59,799 bases of DNA from Chloroflexota bacterium (GTDB lineage: Bacteria > Chloroflexota > Anaerolineae > JAYEMR01): positions 1 through 59,799 of the forward strand of contig JAYEMR010000067.1 in NCBI GenBank assembly GCA_034718215.1, read 5' to 3'. The position numbers were made by a program, and so were the translations under genes. Under the pieces are notes generated by a model. The model did no database searches. It was not told the origin of the DNA and was given only the letters and a program-made list of their open reading frames with translations. Each line of letters begins with the position of its first letter. Positions within the stretch are counted from its first letter, which is position 1. Positions 53,536-59,799 of the stretch are shown in pieces.

Positions 53536-54732
53536 TTAGGTTGCTATCTGAACGCTCAGCGCATCCAGGACCAACTGGATGGGGGTGATGACGGTGGTGA
53601 GATTGGAGCCGGCGAAGAGGAGTCCTACGACGTATCCTTCCTCATCTAAGACCACCGAGCCGGAGTCGCCCCCGCTGCACATGGGCCCGGCCATCAACTG
53701 GCCGGTAAAGACGGCATTTCTCTCCCCGTAGTTCACCTTCACGGTGACTTCAATCTGGCGGATATCGCCCTGGGTGTGGCCCGTGGTGCGCCCGCTTTTC
53801 TGCACTTTGGTGCCCAGCGTGGCCTCACGCACGCCTTTGGGTAACCCGACCTCCAAGATATGCCGTTCCACCAGGTCGTTCGACAGAGGATGAGCGAGGG
53901 CGGCATCAACCTGGTTCTCCGCCGCTGCGAGCCGATAGCTTTGCACACGATGGCTGGAGCCAACAGCTCGCGCGGCCTGGTTGAGTATCTTCTCGGCAGC
54001 GCTGGCTACAGTGCACTCCGCCTCCTCGGTGCCGAAGTGGATAGGGATGAATGTCTCCAGTACCCCGATCTCATCGGACAGAGTTCCGCCGTCGTAGCGT
54101 CCGGGCTGGATGATGGTATCGCCAGGGTTAGCTCTATTAGTGTTGGCCAGCACATGGTTGTTGGAGAGGATGAACAGTTTCCCCTTACCAGGGACAGGCC
54201 CCTTACCAGGGACAGGCCCCTTACCATGGGCAGGCCCCTCTCGTGTCACCAAGCAGCCGAGCGTCCCGGCTGTGACATCCACATGGCCGATGGAGACCCC
54301 GCCCGGCGCTGGTCTCCATTTATCACGGGGGTCCGCTTCCTCGGGAGGTGCAGGTCCCACCTGTGCCTGCCCGCACCTGATCGGGTACAGGTGATCAGGT
54401 ACAGGCAAAGCCCGGATCTTTCCCACCTCCGCTACATCTGTCTTGACCCCCTCTTCCGCCTGTGCGCCCGTGCCTGATCGGGTGCAGGCGGACGGGATCG
54501 TTCTGGGAACCAAATCCTGGGGGGCAAGTTGAGCGGCGGGGACCTTCCGCTCCACTGAGACAACGACAGCGGGCTCCTCAGTGAGTACTCCGCCGGTCTC
54601 TTTGTAACCCACTCCGCAGGCCACTACGTTAGGCTTGGCCAAAAGATAGCCGAGGTTCTGTCGCTTAGCCTGGATAGCCATTTCCCAGGATTGACCTGGA
54701 CAGGCCCAGGATTGACCTGGACGGGTTGTCAT
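53536..54732 (-). CDS. chymotrypsin-fold (S1-like) serine protease with an N-terminal alpha/beta pre-domain; carries two palindromic-repeat inserts and two tandem in-frame repeats
   Basis: Triad context SNNHVLA, VDAALA, GGDSGS. ATG 54732 is preceded by GAAGGAG. Inserts read ACTRSGTGAQA and PVPDHLYPIRCGQAQVGPA. Confidence 0.75.
   Translation of the reverse strand: MTTRPGQSWACPGQSWEMAIQAKRQNLGYLLAKPNVVACGVGYKETGGVLTEEPAVVVSVERKVPAAQLAPQDLVPRTIPSACTRSGTGAQAEEGVKTDVAEVGKIRALPVPDHLYPIRCGQAQVGPAPPEEADPRDKWRPAPGGVSIGHVDVTAGTLGCLVTREGPAHGKGPVPGKGPVPGKGKLFILSNNHVLANTNRANPGDTIIQPGRYDGGTLSDEIGVLETFIPIHFGTEEAECTVASAAEKILNQAARAVGSSHRVQSYRLAAAENQVDAALAHPLSNDLVERHILEVGLPKGVREATLGTKVQKSGRTTGHTQGDIRQIEVTVKVNYGERNAVFTGQLMAGPMCSGGDSGSVVLDEEGYVVGLLFAGSNLTTVITPIQLVLDALSVQIAT
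54181..54234. repeat. 18-nt tandem repeat x3 inside the protease gene (GKGPVP units)
   Basis: ccccttaccagggacagg occurs twice, then ccccttaccatgggcagg. In frame. Confidence 0.9.
54358..54406. repeat. palindromic repeat units inside the protease gene, in frame
   Basis: cacctgtgcctgcccgcacctgatcgggtacaggtgatcaggtacaggc. Confidence 0.85.
54457..54496. repeat. palindromic repeat unit inside the protease gene, in frame
   Basis: cgcctgtgcgcccgtgcctgatcgggtgcaggcggacggg. Confidence 0.85.
54684..54725. repeat. 21-nt tandem duplication at the protease N-terminus (PGQSW x2)
   Basis: cccaggattgacctggacagg / cccaggattgacctggacggg. Confidence 0.9.
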
Positions 54733-54749
54733 GAAATATATCTCCTTCC

Positions 54750-55031
54750 CTATTCGTTGTAGAGCGCCTTGACTTGCCCCACAGCTTGCACGTCTACACA
54801 TATCCCTTCGATCTCTGAGGGGATGCGGTCTGGGGATGCCAAATCCTTCAGCGGGACCTTCTCCTCGACCATCACCACCAGGCAGGGCTGGTCAGTCATC
54901 TGCCCCTTAACCCTACGTCTTCCCACGCCGACGCCCACCACATTCCGCTTGCGCAGCAGGTCGGCCTCGTAGCGGGCCTTTATCTCTCTGATCCTATCCA
55001 GCTCCTCATCTTTCATGTCCTTGACCTCCAT
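54750..55031 (-). CDS. stand-alone paralogue of the protease N-terminal pre-domain
   Basis: NVVGVGVGRRRVKGQMTDQPCLVVMVEEKVPLKDLASPDRIPSEIEGICVDVQAVGQVKAL aligns with NVVACGVGYKETGGVLTEEPAVVVSVERKVPAAQLAPQDLVPRTIP..EEGVKTDVAEVGKIRAL in the next gene. The second ATG (55016) has the better RBS. Confidence 0.55.
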   Translation of the reverse strand: MEVKDMKDEELDRIREIKARYEADLLRKRNVVGVGVGRRRVKGQMTDQPCLVVMVEEKVPLKDLASPDRIPSEIEGICVDVQAVGQVKALYNE

Positions 55032-55101
55032 TCCATGTCGAATCGCCGTAGAGACGCTTCGCTAAAGCTCACCTATCAGATGGCAATGGGCAGCATACCA
55101 A

Positions 55102-56874
55102 CTACTCCACCTCCTCCGCCAGGCGGATGTGCAATTCCTCTAGCTGTTCCTGGCTGATCGGCGCCGGCGCATTCATCATCAGGTCCATAGCGCTCTGCGA
55201 TTTGGGAAAGGCCATCACCTCGCGGATATTAGGCTCATCGGCCAAGAGCATCACCAGCCGATCAATGCCCGGCGCGATGCCGCCATGAGGCGGAGCGCCA
55301 TACTCGAAGGCCCGCAACAAATGCCCGAAGCGGGCCTCCACCTCCTCCGGCCCATAGCCCAAGTGCTCAAACACCTTCTCCTGGATGTCGCGGCGGTGGA
55401 TCCGGATTGAGCCTGAGCCCACCTCCACACCATTGCATACGATGTCGTAGCAGTTGGCCCGAACAGCGCCGGGGTCAGTGTCCAGCAGGGGGATGTCCTC
55501 CTCCTTGGGCATGGTGAAGGGATGATGTTCCGCATCCCAGCGCTCCAAATCCTCATCCCACTTGAAGAGCGGGAAGTCCACGATCCAGGTAAAGGCCAGG
55601 AGGTCAGGATCTGCCAGCTCTAGCCTTCGAGCGAACTCCCGTCGGAGCGTATCCAGCGCGCTGGCCACGACTGCTTGCTCACCGGCTACAATGCACAGGA
55701 GATCACCCGGCTGAACTTCCATGACTTCTACGATAGCGGCCTCTTCCTCCGTAGAGAGGTATCGGGCCGTGTACCCCTTCAGCGAGCCATCCTCCTGAAC
55801 CGAGAAAGTCACCAGCCCTTTGGCTCCCTGATCCTGAGCTATCTGGGTCAGTTCGTCGGTCTGACGCCGAGAGTAGCCGCCGCAGCCTGGGGCCCTCAAA
55901 CCTTTGACCTGCCCACCAGCCGCTAACGTCTCCGAGAAAACACGGAATGAGGATTGAGCGAGGATGGGGGACATGTCCACCAGCTTCAAGCCATATCGCA
56001 GGTCAGGCTTGTCAGTGCCGTAGCGAGCCATGGCCTCATCGTAGGTGAGAAGGGGGAAGGGGGAGATCACTCGCTTGTGGGGTGTCACCTCCTGCACCAG
56101 CTCAGTGAACAGCTCCTCAATGAGCTGCAGGATATCCTCCTGCTCCACGAAGCTCATCTCCAGGTCGAGTTGGGTGTGCTCTGGCTGGCGGTCTGCTCGT
56201 TGAGCCTCATCGCGCAGACAGCGAGCGATCTGGAAGTACTTCTCAAAACCGGCCACCATGAGCAATTGCTTCAGTTGCTGAGGCGACTGAGGCAGGGCAT
56301 AGAACTTGCCGGGATGCACCCGGCTGGGCACCACGTAGTCCCGCGCCCCCTCAGGAGTGCTTTTGATGAGAAGCGGGGTCTCAATCTCGATGAAATCCCT
56401 TTCGTCCAGGAACTCGCGGATAAATGTCACCGCTCGATGGCGCAGGATGATGTTGCGCTGCATGTGAGGGTGACGCAGGTCTAGGTAGCGGTAGCGCAGC
56501 CGCAGTGCTCCGTCCACCTTACTCTCTCTGTTGATGTAGAAAGGAGGAGTTTTGGATGGGTTCAGGATCTGAGCAGAGTCAGCGACGACCTCGATCTCCC
56601 CCGTGGCCAACTGCGGATTCTCCGCGCCCTTGGGCCGCTTGTGCACTCTGCCCTTGATCTGAAGGACATACTCCACCCGCGCCTGTTTCGCAACTTGATG
56701 GGCACTGGCTGAGACCCCGGGCTTGAACACCACTTGCGTCAGGCCCTCCCAGTCGCGGAGATCTATGAAGGTGAGCCCACCATGGTCCCGACGTCGGTTC
56801 ACCCATCCGGCCAGGGTCACCTCCTGGCCTGCATCCTCGATGCGCAGCTGACCGCAAGTGTGTGTTTTCAGCAC
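55102..56874 (-). CDS. aspS: aspartyl-tRNA synthetase
   Basis: 590 aa with an OB-fold N-terminus, class II motifs (FRDE-like [28 protein letters not shown]) and a GAD insertion domain. Confidence 0.95.
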   Translation of the reverse strand: MLKTHTCGQLRIEDAGQEVTLAGWVNRRRDHGGLTFIDLRDWEGLTQVVFKPGVSASAHQVAKQARVEYVLQIKGRVHKRPKGAENPQLATGEIEVVADSAQILNPSKTPPFYINRESKVDGALRLRYRYLDLRHPHMQRNIILRHRAVTFIREFLDERDFIEIETPLLIKSTPEGARDYVVPSRVHPGKFYALPQSPQQLKQLLMVAGFEKYFQIARCLRDEAQRADRQPEHTQLDLEMSFVEQEDILQLIEELFTELVQEVTPHKRVISPFPLLTYDEAMARYGTDKPDLRYGLKLVDMSPILAQSSFRVFSETLAAGGQVKGLRAPGCGGYSRRQTDELTQIAQDQGAKGLVTFSVQEDGSLKGYTARYLSTEEEAAIVEVMEVQPGDLLCIVAGEQAVVASALDTLRREFARRLELADPDLLAFTWIVDFPLFKWDEDLERWDAEHHPFTMPKEEDIPLLDTDPGAVRANCYDIVCNGVEVGSGSIRIHRRDIQEKVFEHLGYGPEEVEARFGHLLRAFEYGAPPHGGIAPGIDRLVMLLADEPNIREVMAFPKSQSAMDLMMNAPAPISQEQLEELHIRLAEEVE

Positions 56875-57041
56875 GACTACCTCTCCTCGAAAGCCTTAGC
56901 CGTTTCTTCAAAGCAGCTCAATCAAGCCATCGGGTAGGTATTATATCCTATCTGGGCTGAGGCACAAATTTATATCGTGGTGATAAGCGTAGCACGGGCA
57001 TGAAGTGCCTGGGAGCAACTCCCGATCTGCTCGTCAAGTGC

Positions 57042-57069
57042 TTGACTTCTGATCTCACCTCGTTACAAT
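57042..57069 (+). promoter_or_regulatory. sigma-70-type promoter upstream of comM/yifB
   Basis: TTGACT (57042-57047), 16 nt, TACAAT (57064-57069). The ~150-nt leader contains hairpins. Confidence 0.45.
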
Positions 57070-57223
57070 ATATATAGATGGTCATAGTGGTCCTCCATGC
57101 AGGAGGTGATGGGGTAAGGACGGCTGGTCGGGATGCTGAGGCGGGATGGCTTGGTCGGCCTCATCCGCATCCACGCCGAGCTGGAGCTGTAGTAGGGTGT
57201 CTGCTTATTGAAGGGAAAGAGAA

Positions 57224-58747
57224 ATGCTGGCCAAAGTACTCACTTGCGCGTTGGTTGGGCTAGAGGGTGCCCCGGTGGAGGTCGAGGTAGACGTCGCCCG
57301 CGGGCTCCCTTCGCTGACCATTGTAGGTCTACCCAACACGACGATCAAGGAATCGAGCGAGAGGGTGCGCTCGGCCATCACCAACTCCGGGCTGAAGTAT
57401 CCTCTGGCCCGGCTCACCGTCAATCTGGCCCCTGCTGACCTGCACAAGGAGGGCTCCGGCTACGATCTACCCATTGCGGTGGGGATACTGGCCGCCTCCG
57501 GACAGCTTTTTCCTCCTGACGAGGAGGCACTCATCGTTGGGGAGCTCTCCCTGGATGGGTCGCTGCGGCATGTCAATGGTGTCCTGTCCATGGCCTCCTC
57601 AGCCCGCAGCGAGGGGATAACTACCCTCTACGTCCCCAGCCAGGATGCTTCCGAGGCAGCGCTGATAGAGGGCCTCAAGGTGTATCCTGTGGACAACCTT
57701 CGATCCCTGGTCGGACATCTTCAGGGGCTGGAGGAGATATCTCCCTGTGATTCGCATCCGGCCCTGGACACCGGGACGGAGCCCTCTTATGAGGTAGACC
57801 TGCAACATATCAAAGGGCAGGAGCATGCCAAGCGCGCTTTGGAAGTAGCCGCCGCTGGGGGACATCATATGCTGATGATGGGCCCTCCGGGGGCGGGAAA
57901 GACTCTGCTGGCACGGGCGATGCCCGGCATCCTTCCCCGCATGACTGTAGATGAAGCCCTTGATGTAACCCGTGTCTACTCTGTGGTTGACATGCTGCCT
58001 CCCGATACCCCCTTCCTTCGCCACCGTCCCTTCCGCGCTCCTCACCATACCATCAGCCACGCTGGCCTGGTGGGGGGAGGGCGTTGGCCGCGTCCGGGGG
58101 AGATCTCCCTAGCGCACAGGGGCGTACTGTTCCTTGACGAGCTGCCTGAGTTTGACTCCCGCAGTCTTGAGACCCTCCGCCAGCCCTTAGAGGGCCGGCG
58201 GCAGGTGACTATCAGCCGAGCCTTGGGCACGCTGACCTTCCCCGCTAATTTCATGCTCATCGCAGCTATGAACCCTTGCCCCTGTGGATACTACGGCGAT
58301 CCAGAGCGGGAGTGTACCTGCTCCCTCGCTGAGGTCAGACGCTATCGAAAACGCATCTCCGGTCCTTTGCTCGACCGCTTCGATATTCACATTGAGGTCC
58401 CACGGGTGGATTATGATAAGCTGACCGATGACCGGCTGGGGGAACCATCGGCGATGGTCCGCAAGCGCGTAGAAGCGGGGCGGGAAAGGCAGAGGAGGCG
58501 CTTTGCCGAGATCGACCTGATCTGCAATGCGGACATGGGGCCTGCGGAGGTGCGCCAATTCTGCACTATAGATAAGGAGGGCAAAGGGCTGCTGAGAGCG
58601 GCCATGGAGCAGCTTCAGATGAGCGCCCGCGCTTATCACCGCATCCTGAAGCTCTCGCGCACCATTGCTGACCTGGCCGGCTCTGAGAGCATTGAGACCC
58701 CCCATCTAGCGGAGGCGATTCAGTATAGGCCCCGCTGGCGATTGTAG
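57224..58747 (+). CDS. comM: YifB/ComM-family Mg-chelatase-like AAA+ ATPase
   Basis: [21 protein letters not shown]...GPPGAGKT...LFLDELPEF...[16 protein letters not shown]. Confidence 0.9.
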   Translation: MLAKVLTCALVGLEGAPVEVEVDVARGLPSLTIVGLPNTTIKESSERVRSAITNSGLKYPLARLTVNLAPADLHKEGSGYDLPIAVGILAASGQLFPPDEEALIVGELSLDGSLRHVNGVLSMASSARSEGITTLYVPSQDASEAALIEGLKVYPVDNLRSLVGHLQGLEEISPCDSHPALDTGTEPSYEVDLQHIKGQEHAKRALEVAAAGGHHMLMMGPPGAGKTLLARAMPGILPRMTVDEALDVTRVYSVVDMLPPDTPFLRHRPFRAPHHTISHAGLVGGGRWPRPGEISLAHRGVLFLDELPEFDSRSLETLRQPLEGRRQVTISRALGTLTFPANFMLIAAMNPCPCGYYGDPERECTCSLAEVRRYRKRISGPLLDRFDIHIEVPRVDYDKLTDDRLGEPSAMVRKRVEAGRERQRRRFAEIDLICNADMGPAEVRQFCTIDKEGKGLLRAAMEQLQMSARAYHRILKLSRTIADLAGSESIETPHLAEAIQYRPRWRL

Positions 58748-58755
58748 GGTGAGCA

Positions 58756-59349
58756 ATGAGCTGTCTAGGGAGAGAGTTTTTCGCTCGCGATACCCTCACC
58801 GTAGCTCGGGAGCTGCTAGGCCAGCGGTTGGTTCGTGTGCTCGCCTGTCCTGGTTGCCGAGCCAGGGATGGCCAGCGGCTGAGCGGCCAGATTGTGGAGG
58901 TGGAGGCCTACATCGGCGAGGAGGACTCGGCCTGTCACGCCGCAGCGGGGCGCACGCCGCGTACCGAGGTCATGTACGGTCCGCCGGGGCACGCCTACGT
59001 GTACTTCATCTACGGCATGCACCACTGTCTGAATGTCGTAACCGAAGAGGAGGGCTTCCCCGCCGCAGTGCTCATTCGAGCCATTGAGCCGGAGGAGGGG
59101 CTGGAGGTGATGCAGATCAACCGCCCAGGCAGACCCGACGCGGAGCTTACGGATGGCCCGGCTAAGCTCTGTCAGGCGCTCCGCATCGACCGGCGGCTGA
59201 ATGGGTTGGATCTGTGCAACAGCGATGAGCTCTTCTTAGAGGAAGGAGAGCCAGTGTCTGCTTCGAAAATTGTGTCCACGGCCCGAGTCGGAGTACGAGG
59301 GGACGAGGAGGCTTTGAATGCCCCCTGGCGGTTCTACGTGAAGAGCTGA
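58756..59349 (+). CDS. mpg: DNA-3-methyladenine glycosylase (Mpg/AAG family)
   Basis: FFARDTLTVARELLG..L...IVEVEAYIGEEDSACHA...GHAYVYFIYGMHHCLNVV...AVLIRA. Confidence 0.85.
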   Translation: MSCLGREFFARDTLTVARELLGQRLVRVLACPGCRARDGQRLSGQIVEVEAYIGEEDSACHAAAGRTPRTEVMYGPPGHAYVYFIYGMHHCLNVVTEEEGFPAAVLIRAIEPEEGLEVMQINRPGRPDAELTDGPAKLCQALRIDRRLNGLDLCNSDELFLEEGEPVSASKIVSTARVGVRGDEEALNAPWRFYVKS

Positions 59350-59799
59350 GTCTCTAGGCTTGTTCTGTAAAATTCGGGCCGGAGGAACTACGTTCCTGAG
59401 CGCGAGTCAGTCACTGAGCTACAGTGGGGTGGCCCTGATGGAGGACTTCGATGTCAAGGCCAGAGGCAAGAACGCGGGCACCTCGGCCATACAACGGTCA
59501 GGCATCAACCTCAAAGACCTGGGGTCCGCAAACTTCTTTGAGGCGGTGGGCTTGGCCTGAGTAGGGTTGTTACTGATCCGAACATATGAAAGACTCTCCT
59601 GCAAAAACCTAGACGCCGAGAGCCAAGGCTGGAGGAAAGAAAGTCACCGAACGTGGAAGGTTTCTCAATCGAGCCCAAATTTGACAATTAGCCGCGAAAG
59701 GCAATGATAGCTCAACTTCCAGTGGCCTTGTGCTGCCCTTTTGGTTAGCGAGAGTGGCCTGGATGGCCCTTTGGATGGTCAGCTGGAAGCCTATGGACA

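Noticed and set aside
59620-59660. ggaggaaagaaagtcacc resembles the RNase P RNA GGAGGAAAGUCC motif.
   Set aside because: The match is limited to a few bases. None of the other universally conserved RNase P helices or sequences surround it.
1-59799. Stop-codon reassignment as an explanation for in-frame TAG (970, 33038) and TGA (14722, 16376).
   Set aside because: Well-conserved genes in the window end at their expected lengths with TAA, TAG and TGA alike. Examples are TAG for trpB, trpS, aspS and comM, and TGA for metG, trpG, trpC and trpA. All three codons therefore function as stops.

Overview
GC-rich chromosomal segment of 59.8 kb. Gene content and regulation (T-box control, GT39/GT4/GT2 envelope genes, LysM, GH38, many xylose-isomerase-like TIM barrels and Gfo/Idh/MocA enzymes) tentatively suggest a Chloroflexota-like bacterium. 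This is inference; nothing was searched.

Content is mostly housekeeping and carbohydrate metabolism:
- metG.
- A tightly packed minus-strand operon: MFS, membrane spermidine-synthase-like protein, glycosidase, B12-radical SAM, solute-binding protein.
- A sugar/inositol-type catabolic cluster.
- A large secreted glycosidase and a LysM protein.
- rbsK and an M42 peptidase.
- trxA followed by a T-box(Trp)-controlled 10-kb trp supra-operon: trpE', bioY-like, trpG, 'trpD, trpC, trpF-trpB, trpA, trpS, trpB2.
- A glycosylation/EPS cluster, GH38 mannosidase, S1-like protease, aspS, comM/yifB and mpg.

I see no CRISPR array, rRNA, tRNA, prophage or recognisable defence island.

The most unusual signal is a family of short GATC-centred palindromic repeats.
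- It has a 27-nt core plus an 18-nt companion palindrome and occurs at 17 or more loci.
- Eight copies sit in frame inside five conserved genes, which resembles Rickettsia RPEs or REP/REPIN elements.
- One copy lands in its stop-containing phase and splits a gene.

Other notable points:
- A 92-nt Y-shaped structured repeat sits about 22-26 nt upstream of both the metG and trpE start codons.
- A second 48-nt palindrome family and a roughly 196-nt nested-palindrome MITE-like element are present.
- A BioY-family transporter is embedded in the trp operon.
- ORF-breaking lesions are unusually dense (trpE, trpD, trpA start, DUF1667, DHOD-like, TIM barrel, SnoaL-like, RM remnant). They indicate either real gene decay or assembly errors.

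All calls rest on reading the sequence, the ORF translations and remembered family signatures.
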